A stretch of 64,000 nt of DNA from Eledone cirrhosa (lineage: Eukaryota), in contig OZ024741.1 of NCBI GenBank assembly GCA_964016885.1, positions 131,688,001 through 131,752,000 of the forward strand, in the 5' to 3' direction. The notes under the pieces were generated by a model. The model searched no databases. It saw only the letters and a list, made by a program, of their open reading frames with translations, and was not told the DNA's origin. Both the position numbers and the translations under genes were made by a program. Of the stretch, positions 14,131-28,212 are shown in pieces (the stretch's first letter is position 1; every line of letters begins with the position of its first letter).

Positions 14131-15829
14131 CTTACATACACATATATATGGATGGGAAAATGTGGCCATAGCTGTATTTTACCAGTCAGATGAGACTCCG
14201 GAATCGGAACAGTCTTTAGACTTAGAATAAATTCAACACAATTATAGAATATCCAGCCCCTCCTCCACTCGTTATTATGTTGACAAACCCCCATGCAGAT
14301 GACATGTTGATTTGTGTGAATACAGCCGGCAATTTGTTCTCGCAATTTAATTGTTCGATTCAGTTCATTTAGTTCTGTCTACAGCAATGCCCGCCTCCGA
14401 TACAATTTCACCAACACCACGTCTTAACGTAAATCGTTTACATTCTGACGAGAAGCACCTTAATTACACATTTCTGTCTAGTCCACTGATTTCCAACGAC
14501 TTATTCCTCTATACTTCCACTTCAGCCTGTTGCTGGATTAGTGCACCGAAACATGTGTAAAGCAATCAGTACAGCGAAATATATGTAAAACGATGAATAA
14601 ATAAAACGTATTTTAAAACATAATTTCATCTCTGTGATAATTCCAGCATATAGTCCACTATAGATACTACAACATCACACAGCCCAACTATAGTGCCCAG
14701 AAGTCTACCTCTACCACTATTCAACGCTTATCAAATCCAAATACATGAGATATCCGTAAAATGGTTTAATCCACCGTCCAATTTACACGTGTCAACACCC
14801 ATATCTAAATATTTTTTTAATCGCCTTGTCTAACATTTCCTCTAAACACAAATACTAAAATAGTTTTAAAATAAATAATATTCAAGATTTATATCCCCCT
14901 CATATCATATTACACAAACAGTAGCCAACTTCTATCTATTTAAACTAAAAGCCTAACAATTTATTGATAGATATATATAACACGTAGATAAACACATTGT
15001 ACGGGAATATAAACAAGACTAAAACCAAAACTGTTACTAGGACCATAATTACTGCAACCATCACCACCACCACTAGTCCATCAATCTATCACTACCATTG
15101 AAACCACCAATGCCACTATCACCATTTTCATGCGGTACATATATAGATAGTAAATGTTGACAAAACTAAATGCTGTTTGGGTCCTTAGCACTAACACATG
15201 TCACTTTCACAAACCCAAATAAAAACACTTCAGTTACAACAACAACATCTTAACTACGATAAGAACAACAACAATAACAATTACATAAACAACAACATAT
15301 ACAGTATTCTTTATTGAGACATCAACACCACAACCACAATCAGTAACACATCACGCTCCAGCACAACAGTTACCTCCACCACCTTTACTACAATAGCCAT
15401 CACAAACACCACTACGAACACCTTTACAAACATAGTCACTACAGCAAGCATCAGCACCACAACCTAAATTCGACTTACCTCATTATAAACACCACAAAAA
15501 AACCACTATCATCACCACTACCATCACTACTATCAGCCTCACCACCAACCACCATTACCACCACCATCTGTAACACCAACACCACTACCACCATGGTTCG
15601 TCAACCCAACTGCGCCTCACCTATTTCCCTATAATTAAATCCTGCTGTGTTACAATCTGAAAAGAAGTAAATTCAAGGCCAACCAAGAGTGGTTGTTGGG
15701 GGTAAAGAAATGACGTTATAATGGAGGATATCACGTGTTAATGTAAATGTTTTGCATCTGGGAAGACATTAACAGCAGCTACAGTAGTAGTAGTAGCAGC
15801 AGTAACATTAGTTGTAGTAGTAGTAGTAA

Positions 15830-15862
<33 letters not shown>

Positions 15863-15960
15863 CAGCAGCAGCAACAGTAGCAACAACAATAATAGTAGTA
15901 GCTGTAGTAGTATTAGTAGCAGTAGTAGCAGAATTATTAGTATCAGTAGTAGTGGTAGTG

Positions 15961-15997
<37 letters not shown>

Positions 15998-16029
15998 ATT
16001 TATAATCGATACTATTATGATTGAAATAA

Positions 16030-16195
16030 TAATTGTTTCTACTTTTGGCACAAGGCCATCAATTACCCAGTGTATTACTGGTACTTTATTTTAGCAACCC
16101 CGTGGATGAAAGGCAAAGTTAACCTCGGCGGGATTTGAACTCAGAATGGCAAGGGCCGTAAGTCTATGCGTCAAAGCATGGCGTCCGACCCTCAA
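16030..16195 (-). mobile_element. SINE family A copy
   Basis: Same consensus as 4975-5162. Confidence 0.85.
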
Positions 16196-16284
16196 TGATC
16201 TAATTAGTTGTGTCGAACCCGAAAGCATGAGGCGAATTTCTTAATCCCTGACCCATGTCTGTGCACAAGATATATGTATATATA

Positions 16285-16700
16285 TATGTGTGTATATCTA
16301 GCGATATACGGTATGTTTATGAATAAACACTACAAAGACTTAGTTATGAATTTTGGAAGTTGATAGCTAGTGTCATCAGGTGGATTCCAGCCAAAGCAAG
16401 GGCAGATAATCTGCCGACCGTCGACTGTTTCTAACTGATGGTCGTTATCAAGACATTGCTTCCTCTCTCTGCTGGAAACCATATAGTCTCGACAAAAACA
16501 TATAGTTTTGATGTCTTTGTACAAAGACTGATACGCTTCATTCGTATATAGTGCAGTCGGCCGTCGGCAGATTATCCGCCCTTGTTTTGGCTAGAATCCA
16601 CCGGATGGCGCAAGCTATCAGCTTCCAAAATTCATAGCTAAAGCTTTCTAATGTCTATTCATAAACATACCGTATATCGCTAGATATACACATACATATA
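16285..16700. mobile_element. Fold-back element, ~140-bp arms and ~125-bp spacer, with decayed hammerhead cores
   Basis: ctagcgatatacggtatgtttatgaata...gtcgactg versus cagtcgg...cataaacataccgtatatcgctag; CTGATGA on the minus strand at ~16373-16379 followed by an agct(atc)agct-like stem; TA-rich flanks. Confidence 0.7.
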
Positions 16701-16758
16701 TGTAAACAGCTTTGTCGGAGACAATACTTTAATTATATATATATATATACATACATAC

Positions 16759-16924
<166 letters not shown>

Positions 16925-17175
16925 CTAACCTTTTTCATGTTATCTTCCTTTTCTTCCTCTCCTGCATATTTTTATTTTTACTTTCTCTTTCATTCTACCA
17001 TTCGATGAAGGACTAACGAACGAATCGTCAAGATTCTTTTATTTCTTTATTGAGCGTTAGAATGATATATGTCATGGGTGCATTGTAGTGTTCTTCTTTT
17101 ATTTTCCTCACACACACACACACATATATATATATGAGAGTAATGAAGTTTGCTTGAAGCATTGTGGAATAATAA

Positions 17176-17837
17176 GGTAAATTTCTTTAAGTCGTTTGGA
17201 AGCCTCGACAATGCAGATGGGTAAATCTCCGGGTAACAGGATCCGGTGGTAGAGAGAGAGATGTAAGTGGGTGTACGTTGAGATGCGTGGCGTGTATAAG
17301 ACGTGTAGAGGAATGAAGGATAGAGTGTAAAGGATAAAAATAAAAATAACAACACGAGAGAGAGTTACCTTGGGAGAGATTTAATTGTCCCTATATATTT
17401 CGGATTCACATCCATCAACTGGGAGTATTTTCCGGGGTGGGGGAAAGGTTGTCTGTCGGAAAGGTGCGAAACGTGTCCTCCGCTGTTCGTTGTTTTGAAT
17501 ATCTGGCCAGATATTCAAAACAACGAACAGCGGAGGACACGTTTCGCACCTTTCCGACAGACAACCTTTCCCCCACCCCGGAAAATACTCCCAGTTGATG
17601 GATGTGAATCCGAAATATATAGGGACAATTAAATCTCTCCCAAGGTAACTCTCTCTCGTGTTGTTATTTTTATTTTTATCCTTTACACTCTATCCTTCAT
17701 TCCTCTACACGTCTTATACACGCCACGCATCTCAACGTACACCCACTTACATCTCTCTCTCTACCACCGGATCCTGTTACCCGGAGATTTACCCATCTGC
17801 ATTGTCGAGGCTTCCAAACGACTTAAAAAAATTTACC
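17176..17837. repeat. 662-bp spacer-less palindrome (pLTR-like), centre 17506/17507
   Basis: atctgg|ccagat centre; arms complementary out to ggtaaatt/aatttacc with one mismatch seen; the same peptide appears in ORFs 17047- and 17658+; right end abuts (TA)n. Confidence 0.95.
17589..17625 (+). ncRNA. Hammerhead-like motif with atypical core CAGUUGA (mirror copy at 17388..17424 minus)
   Basis: tcc-CAGTTGA-t-ggat(gtga)atcc-GAAA-tata-TA-ggga; stems present, core differs at positions 4 and 6. Confidence 0.5.
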
Positions 17838-18473
17838 ATATATATATATATATATATATACAGAGAGGGAGAGGGGCATATATGGAAGTATATTGAGTAT
17901 GTTATTAAACGTACATAAGTATTGCTATATGTGGTTTAAGCTGTGATCATTATCCAGCTACTAGATAGATGTGTCATGATCACAGTCTAAACACTCATAC
18001 CAATATAAGTTTATCACGCTATATTGCACTTTCAACAGCTAGTTCCAGTCTTGAAATGGCAAGAGGTCGGTCGTCGCGTCCTGATTCTATTCATTTATAT
18101 GTATATATATTGCTCTGTCTTCAACTAAACACAATTCGACGTTGTCTGACTCTTTTCTCAGCTGTTTGAAATTTTAAAAATAATGAAATATAAAATGTAA
18201 ACGAAACTAAAAATAAAGAAATTTTTATTAGCATTGTTACGATCATTATAAGACATGAAAATATCGATATTAATATAGTTTATAAATTCTCCATTATTAT
18301 TTTTCAAGACTATTTGACATCTTGTTCTCTAGGTATTCATTTGTCAGTGTGTATATAAGGGTATTTGTGCTCGCATATGTTCGCGTGGAATTGTGTAACA
18401 CACTTCATTTATTTCATTTAAAACGTCGATTGAGGGTTATACTAAGTATTGATTGTTGGGTATTGGATATGTA

Positions 18474-18579
<106 letters not shown>

Positions 18580-18592
18580 TATAAATATATAA

Positions 18593-18713
<121 letters not shown>

Positions 18714-18718
18714 AATAA

Positions 18719-18771
<53 letters not shown>

Positions 18772-18775
<4 letters not shown>

Positions 18776-18919
18776 AAAAGAGTCAGGACCCCGACGGCTG
18801 AGCTCCGGCCGTTTCAACAGCTAGTTCTGAACTCTATTCCTATTACCCTCTCTACTACCCAAAGTATCGAGTATTCTGGTGCGTTATGGTCCAACTGGTT
18901 CCTTACCACACTTCCTTCG

Positions 18920-18920
<1 letters not shown>
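18772..18920. mobile_element. Short inverted pLTR fragment (family of the 31754 hammerhead) between (TA)n tracts
   Basis: taggaaaagagtcag pairs with ctgaactctattccta; minus arm carries GAAACggc...gccGTCgggg; right part matches 21005-21110. Confidence 0.65.
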
Positions 18921-18975
<55 letters not shown>

Positions 18976-19051
18976 TATTCTATTGCGTGTTCCAGGCGAC
19001 AAGATGAGGCCATGCTGGGGCACCGCCATATATACATAAATATATATGTAG

Positions 19052-19143
19052 TCATTTTATTATGGCTGATTGTCTGATGACCCTGTGATAAATAGGCGAA
19101 ACTCCAGAGTAATAAGACTCAATATTCAGCCGTAATAAAATGA
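19052..19143 (+). ncRNA. Type I hammerhead ribozyme with extended stem I
   Basis: ttgt-CTGATGA-ccct...aggc-GAAACTC(ca)GAGTA-ataa; distal helix tcattttattatggctga/tcagccgtaataaaatga. Confidence 0.8.
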
Positions 19144-19334
19144 ATATTAAAACTCTACTTCGGTATTCAGAACTCGTTTCTCTCAGCCATCAACCACATA
19201 CGTGTATATATAATTGGTGTTGGATGCTTAAAGCGTCCGTATGCGGTAGGTCGTATGAGTACTCAATGCCCTCGTAGAGCAGAGTATGATATCACAGAAA
19301 AAAGAGAATCAGTGTTGCGACGAAAGGAATCGGT

Positions 19335-19384
19335 GATTCCTGATGATTTCTAAAGAATGAAACAGTTCTAGTCCTGTAGAATCT
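19335..19384 (+). ncRNA. Type I hammerhead ribozyme (family D, canonical core)
   Basis: gattc-CTGATGA-tttc(taaa)gaat-GAAACAG(ttctagtc)CTGTA-gaaatc; homologous to the 12720-12850 and 27790-27830 copies. Confidence 0.75.
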
Positions 19385-20095
19385 CATCTATATTAAAACT
19401 TTTATACTCTGCTATGTATTGAGTACCTTACTTACTGTGGTTACCTCCGATTCAACCCGGAATAACTTACCTATATATATATATATATATATAAATATAA
19501 ATTAGCGAGAATCGTATTTCGGCTTAGGAATTAACGAAAATCAACTTCCGAGTTGTGTGGCAAGCGCTCGATGATTCAGATGAACCAGAGCTACAACATA
19601 CGTTAAAGGCCAAACACACTGAGACGATGGTTACACAAACATCCGCACAGCCAAAGAAACGACGAAGTAATTCGGGTCAAACAAATAAAAATATATGTGA
19701 TTGAAAATTTACCTGGACCCCTGGAAGGTTGGTAAAATCCAGCATTTGGGTTTCTGCGACTCCTAAATCAGGTACTGTCCGCTTACATAAATAATGTTAG
19801 CCTTCTGGTAAGATGATTGAACAAGGAAGCCACTTTACCAACAGGTTTTAGTTCAATTGCTAATTTAAGGAATGACTGTTACTGAGCCCACGTGGAGTTC
19901 GGCAAGGGAGGCAACCCTTATTTTAGGCGAATGAATTCAGTTGTGTATATTATTGCAAGAATGCAAAACATCACAAATCGAATAAAGCTCTCAACAGAAT
20001 TGGTTAAAGTTAACATAAGCTATTCATCAGTCAATAGAATCAACTAAAAAAATCAAGAAAATTAACTGGTCAATAGCTAGACTCTGGAGATTAAT

Positions 20096-20148
<53 letters not shown>

Positions 20149-20697
20149 GTGTGTGTGTTTTCATCCATATATATATTTCTATCCATACAAATAGACATAC
20201 ATATTTACATAAATAGATGAGTGTCTCTGTGCGCATACTCGAGTATGTCAGACGAACGATTCAGTCTTGTCAGCATGGGAACAATGATGTTTCTTCATAA
20301 ATCAAACATATCACTAAATCTTTGATGTTCTATATGAAAGAATGTTTCTCATTTAATGGGAGCAGAAAGAGACAGATAGATATATAGACACACACGCACG
20401 CAAACACACACACCACACACACAGAGACAAACACACACATACATACACCCACCCACTCTCACACACACACAGGCACACACACACAGACAAACACACATAC
20501 ACCCACCCACTCTCTCTCACACACACACACACATATATATACACACATATATATATACGTGTTTGTGTGTATGTGTTTCATGTCTACAATAAACAGGATT
20601 ACATATCCTAAACTTTTCTATCAATAAACATCTTCGTACACACGCACACTCACTTAGACATTTCTTTTTCACTCTTTCTCCCTTTCTCTCTCTCTCT

Positions 20698-20857
<160 letters not shown>

Positions 20858-21385
20858 ATATATATATATATAAATTATATATATAAATGATATATAAATA
20901 TAAATGATGATGATGATGATGATATATATATATATATCATCATCATCATTTTACGTCCGCTTTTCCCTGCTTGCAAGGGTGGGACGATATATATATATAT
21001 ATATAGGAATGTGGGGTCCTACTCGTTCCTATTACCCACTCTACTACCCTAAGTATTGAGTACTTTGGTGCGTTATGGTCCACCTGGTTCCTTACCACAT
21101 TTCCTCCGTTATATATATATGGGAGGTGTATATACGTGTGTAGGAGAGTGTATATATGTGCGTGTGTGTGTTTATGTATGTGACGGAATAATTGTAGTAT
21201 TGATTAATCAGATTATTAGAAACCAAAGAACAAAAAAAAAAGAATACTTCAAGAAATGAATGGAAGTGATTGCTGGAAACTTAACATATTTGAATACATA
21301 GACTTTGGCGGGGCATTAATTCTAGAATACAATAGTAATTAAAGTAGTATAGTCAATATTGTGAGATATGTAATAGATATTTAAG

Positions 21386-21578
21386 TTTCAGAAAGCCAGT
21401 ACAATGCGATAGAAATAATATATAAAGGGCAAAGAATGACAAATAATTGAAAGCAAAGTATATTTCAGAGCTAAAACCCTGTTTTCAAATGTAAAGTTGA
21501 AAAGATTTCAAAAGAAAAAACGATCGATGTTTTCTTCGCTTTATTTCTTTCTAGCGCATTGTACCGGCTTTCTGAAAC
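21386..21578. repeat. Fold-back unit with ~45-bp arms and an internal hammerhead-like remnant (minus strand)
   Basis: tttcagaaagccagtacaatgcgatagaaa / tttctagcgcattgtaccggctttctgaaa; minus strand TTGAAAA-cagggt(ttta)gctct-GAAA at ~21458-21488. Confidence 0.55.
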
Positions 21579-21587
21579 GTAATAGTA

Positions 21588-22480
21588 ATTGTTTCTAGCA
21601 TAGGCACAAGGCCAGTAAATTTTAGGGAACGAAAGTCAATTAAAAGGACCTCTGTAAATTACTGGTACTTTATTTTATCGACCCCAGAAGAATGAAAATC
21701 AAAGCTGACTTTGGCGGGATTTGAAATCAGAACGTAAAAACCTGGAACAAATACCACAAGGCATCTCGTCCGACACTCTAACTATTTTGCGAATCCGCCG
21801 CCCATTGGTAGTCCTGTAATTATTGTTTCTACTTTTGGAACATGGTCAGCAATTTGAAGGGAAGAAAAAATTCGATTAATCGACTCCTATGCGTTACTGG
21901 TGCTTTATTTTATCGACCCCTAAAGGATAGAGGCAAAGCTTACCTAGGTGGGATTTAAACTCAGAACGTAAAGATACGTAACTCTATGCCGCGAAGCATG
22001 TTTTCTGACGTGCTACCGATACTGCCAATCCACCACTCATTGATAGTACTGTAATAATTGTTTCTAGTTTTGGCACAAGGCCAGCAATTACCCAGTACAT
22101 TACTGGTACTTTATTTTATTGACACCGTAAGGATGAAAGGCAAAGTTAACCTCGACGGGATTTGAACTCAGACCGTAAAGGGCTATAGCTCTCTGCTGCC
22201 AAGCATGGTGTCTGATGCTCTACCTATACTGCCAATCAACAATCCTTTCCATCCAGATATAATGGTTTCTTATATAGGCACAAGGCCAGCAATTTTGGGG
22301 GAGGGTAAAGACGATTAAATCGACACCAGTACGTTACTGGTGCTTTATTTCATCGACCCCGTAAGGTTGAAAGACAAAGTTAACCTCGGCGGGATTTGAA
22401 CTCAGATAATAAATGGCCGTAACTCTATGCTGCAAAGCATGATGTCCGACTCTCTACTGATACGTCCAATCCACCGCCCT
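21588..22480 (-). mobile_element. Head-to-tail array of four SINE family A copies
   Basis: Four ~200-230 bp units starting attgtttcta/atggtttct at ~21588, 21822, 22057 and 22262. Confidence 0.85.
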
Positions 22481-23332
22481 TTTTCCATTCAGATATAATG
22501 GCAAGTAGAACAGACTATATCTCTCAATGTTGTCATGTTTAGAGGAAAATGGCGTCGTTTAATGCAACCTAGTAAATGACTGATATTAATTTCTACGAGC
22601 CCCGGATGAGAATAAATTTGACATTCGTATGAGTCGAACTGAGAACAGAAGGGGCGGAACTGAATACAACATAGCTACTTCAGTATCACCATCACAGCAA
22701 CTACCGCTGTAATTATAAACCCCACCACGATAATCAACACACCTACACTGCTACTATAATCAGCATCAGCCTCCATCACCATCACCATCACTTCCAGTCC
22801 CATCAGCACCACCAACACCCACAACACCTTAACCATGCGGAAATGGAAAGTGAAAGAGAGGTTAGGTAGGTGGCTAGGAGCGGGATATAGACACACACAA
22901 ACACACACACACACAAACACACACACACATATATATATATATACATTGCATGTGGGTGGAGTAGGGTCTGGCAAAGTTATTATCGATTATGTCAGTAAAA
23001 CCTTTTGGAAATGTTGTGACAATAGAGAGGGGTTGGGTGAGGGTTGGATTGTGGTGGTTGTAGTGTGAAGTAATGTATGGGGTAATAGCTATGAGATAAT
23101 CAGATAGATAGATAGATTCATTGATATATATATATACACACACACACACACATATATATCTATATATATATAAAATATATATATATATATACATACACAC
23201 GCACACATATGTATATATATATACATACGTACACACACACACATATATATAGATATATATATATACATACATATATATATGTGTGTGTGCGTGTGTTTGT
23301 TTCAGAGAAAGAGTGAGAGAGAGAGAGAGAGG

Positions 23333-23422
<90 letters not shown>

Positions 23423-23891
23423 CATTGATTGATAAAGATCAGGAAACGTGTATTGTAAGTCATTACTTGTAAACACAAAAGGTTCAACATCATAGAGTTG
23501 GAAAATCAATAAATAGGATACATTGATAAGGGACAATAACAGTGTCTCCCTTCACATCCTTAATATATATTGACCTAGAAATACTAGCAAATAAGGGAAC
23601 ATTCGCACGTGCAAGCACACACACACGCACACACTTACGCACACACACACACACACACACAAACTTACACACACACACACATATATATTCATATATGAAA
23701 ATGCACAGACGTACATTATAGGCGCACATATACATGTACATCTATACACACATAGCAACACATCTGTATACATAATCATTCATATGCACATACACATACA
23801 TACAGATAAATAAGCATATAATCATATAACTACACAATAGGCAGACATAAGCGCAAACATACATGCAAATGTACGCATGACAAGGCATGCG

Positions 23892-23934
<43 letters not shown>

Positions 23935-24497
23935 TAAATATATATATATATATATATATTTTTATTAAATATATATATATATATACACATACATAACACC
24001 TATACAACACATAAATGCGTATGTACACATAACCGCACAGATACGCATACATGTATATAATTACGCATACACACATATATACACAAGGACAAACTTAAAC
24101 ACATACATACATACATACATACATACATAAATACATACATACTACATCCATTATTATATACATACATACTACGTATATAAATATATGCATACATATATAG
24201 ATAGATAGATGCATGCATACATGCATACAAATATGTACGCATACATGCTTGCATACATGCATACATATATGTCTGCTCAGAAACGTGCATTCTTAAATAC
24301 ATTTAGTTATGCACACAAATACATACTCATTCATACGTAAACACACACACACACACACACACACAGATACACATTTATACATGCAAACGTCTACACACAC
24401 CTGTCTCTCAAACATACATATATAGTCTCTCACACAAACGCGTATACGCTAACACACTTATATACATACATGCAATGAGACGAATACACTCACACAG

Positions 24498-24573
<76 letters not shown>

Positions 24574-24867
24574 TCTTTCACACAAAGCTAGAGGAAGATC
24601 ATGCATGCATACACAATTAAACACATACACAAAGACATTCAAACACATATATTCATATAAACCAATTCTGTATATTCATATATGCAACTCCTTCGTACAC
24701 ATTTATACAAACACTTAACAATCTTACATACACACACACACAAACACTCATATATGTACAACACTCAGCTCAATGCATACCTTTTCTATGCACACACACG
24801 CGCACACACGCATACACACATACTTCATATATCCAAGCGCATAGAAAATATTCACACACACATACAT

Positions 24868-24944
<77 letters not shown>

Positions 24945-25910
24945 AACGCACATATATCCATACACATACATAACAACACATAACCAAATACATACATCGT
25001 ACGCCAACACACACATGTACATATATTCATACACATACTCAATAAAACTCACCACGGCACCTACATTATACAAACTTACACACACACATACACACATCCA
25101 TCCACAAATGCACACACTTACATATACACACACACACATACAAACATCCATCCACAGATGCACACACTGACAGATGCACACACACAGGGCAACATACGAA
25201 TGTCTCCACTCCAACCCCCGCCCACACAGCGCAACAAACAAATGTCCCCCCTCCCACACACACATACACACAGTGCAACACACGAATGTCCTTCCACACA
25301 GCTCAACACACGAATGCCACCCAAAAGAACCCCCCCAACACAAACCTATCCAATATTTCATCCCCAAATTACTATGATTTTTATTGATTCCATATTAAAA
25401 AAAATCCTCTTAAATCTCCATAACATCACATCTGTCTCCTATATTGCATCCAACCTGCTTTGCAGCCTCCATAAAATTCTGACGTTTTTAATTTAGGGAC
25501 TAAAACTGGGTGCCCCCACCTCCAACTCTTTATCTTCCTCTGAAAATACAAATTTCGTCACGTTTTCAATATTCTTTTCTTTACCCCCCCCCCCCCAGAA
25601 AAAACCGACTTTCATTTCCATCGTCTCTTTTCTTCTCTTGTCCTTTTCTGGTCTTTTATCTTCCTTTCCCTCTCCTTCTCCCACCGTCTTTCCAAAGTAC
25701 TTCCCTTCTAGTCTTCCCCACCACCACCACGTTTCCTTTTCAAATATTCTGCCAGGATTCAGGAATAACAAATACTGAAATGTTTGATAAAACAACAACA
25801 ATAAAAATAGCAATAACAACAACAATCGCATAATCGACAGCTACAACAATAAGCACACATTTACACAGCCTCAAATACAGGTAAACATACGCATATGCAC
25901 ATACAAAAAT

Positions 25911-25979
<69 letters not shown>

Positions 25980-26028
25980 TATAGCTATGCACATGTGCAT
26001 ATGCATGAATATATATATATATATATAT

Positions 26029-26065
<37 letters not shown>

Positions 26066-26435
26066 CATATATATATATATACATATACATATATACGCAT
26101 ACACATACACATGTATACAACATCCTCTTTAGGACGTTGACCCACCCTATTAAAGGGAGGTAATGATGGTGTTGGGGGACTCAGATCCACAAAAATTTTC
26201 TTTGATTTCCGATGACGCAACTGAAACACATTTGGTGTTCGTAAATATTTCCATTGCTCTTTCATTAAACTTTGATTTGTCTCTCTCGCTTCCTCTCCTA
26301 GCACACCATCTTCCTCTCAATCTATTAATCATTTTATTTTTTTGTTTGTTTATGTTTTAAATCTTGCTTTTATTTCCCACTAATTTGATGTTTCTTCATT
26401 TTTCCCAATGATGTGCTCGTTTCGTTCATCTAAGG

Positions 26436-26466
<31 letters not shown>

Positions 26467-27789
26467 TCTACATAATAATTGTATAACTATAATGGACACT
26501 CCATGACACCATTAAAGGCTTGTCTCTTTATTTAGGGAGAGAGAAAGAACCATCAAGTAATGGAACGGTTTGAGGCTTACATTTATGTGCTAGTATGTGG
26601 TGTGGTGTAATGTAGTCTAAAGGCTGTCGCAAACCCAGAGGCTCATCAGACGTTGCTTATTCCGGTTTATGTGGCATTAAGCAACTGTGAGTACAAGATG
26701 CCACCCTCGACAGAGCGCCACTCTATCGCAGGGTTAAAGCCCCAGTTACTGCTGTGTGGAGTGGTAATTTCTTATTCTCATTAGGATCAATAACGGCATG
26801 TCTTTTGATGTCGAGATTCTCTATCATCCTGCAAATGGTTACCAGCTTATTCATGACAATTTTCGGTGGCTCCTGAGATTGATGGTAGGGAGGGGGAGAA
26901 AGGTTTGTTGAACTGGATACCAACTCCGAATGCTTGTAACAGAATGGACTCCTCTAAAGGGATCTCAAGGGCCAAGTAGGGATGTTAAACCAGGCAACTC
27001 ATTAAGTCTACTCTCCAGTAAGCCGCAGTTCGGTTTGAACGCAAAGAGCCGGAATAAATACCTCAAAGCATCTCGTTCGCGGCTCTAACAATACTTTATA
27101 TCTTTGCTACCTTGAATTGGCATGTTATTTTATTGGACAACGATAACCTCGGTAGGATTTGAACTCAGAGTGAAGAGAACTGCAATAAATATAGAAAAGT
27201 ATCATGTCGTACGTTCTATGGACTCTGCCAAACCTAGTTATTAAAATGAAGGTACATTGCTTGACATATATCTACAATATCCTTGTTTACTAGTGACGGC
27301 ACATATTCATTGAAACACTGACAGGCATACAACTCTAGATTAGATACGTTTGTTCTCATATGTGTGAAGAGAGAGAGCAGGAAGAGGAAGAGGGGGGGTC
27401 AACTATTATCAGATTTCCTAGCTTCTATGCTTACTTGTAATTTATCAAAACTGTCGCATTGAATTTTGACACAAAGCACTTATGGAAAATCAAATGATCC
27501 ATACAAATTAGTTTCAAAATCACCATGCTTTCATGTTGCAGCTCGACTTAATATGGTTTACAAAACATTTATGTCTTTCTGAAACGTTTGCCGCTTTCAA
27601 GGTTATCAAGGGAAACCTCACTGCACTTGGTATGACTGCGTTAGAATTGTTTCGGAGCGAGTTCTAACTGCTCATAAACTACCACAGAGCAGTCTTCTCT
27701 GTTGTGGCTGTATAACATATATTCTGTGGAGATTATCAGTTCCACTTTCGTTATTACTATTCCTAACATTACATTTTATTATACGATGT

Positions 27790-28212
27790 GACTTCCTTCG
27801 AATGAAACAGTTCTAGACCTGTGGAAGCCATTTCTATATTAAATATTTATACTCTGCTATGTACTTTACTTACTGTGGTGACCCCCGATTGAACCCGATG
27901 CACACACACACACACACATACGCACACACACACACACATACACACACACACACGCACGCACACATACACACACACATATATATATATATATGTGTGTGTG
28001 TGTGTATATATATATGTGCGTGTGTGCGCATTGAGTGCTTCGAACGGCGCGCCGACTGTAACTGTTCGTACACACAGTCACACACACGTATATATATATA
28101 TATATGTGCGTGTGTGTGTCTGCGTGTGCGCGCGTGTGTGTGTGTGTTGCGTCGGGTTCAATCGGGGGTAACCACAGTAAGTAAAGTACATAGCAGAGTA
28201 TAAATATTTAAT
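27790..28212. mobile_element. Two family D pLTR ends in convergent orientation around a CA/TA/TG microsatellite
   Basis: attaaatatttatactctgctatgtactttacttactgtggtgacccccgattgaacccga (27838-27898) versus its complement (28152-28212); 3' half of an HHR at 27803-27830. Confidence 0.7.

Noticed and set aside
16285-16700. Possible A-to-I editing footprint in arm-to-arm mismatches
   Set aside because: By eye about 16 differences: 8 A/G in both directions, 3 C/T and 5 transversions; not distinguishable from ordinary transition bias
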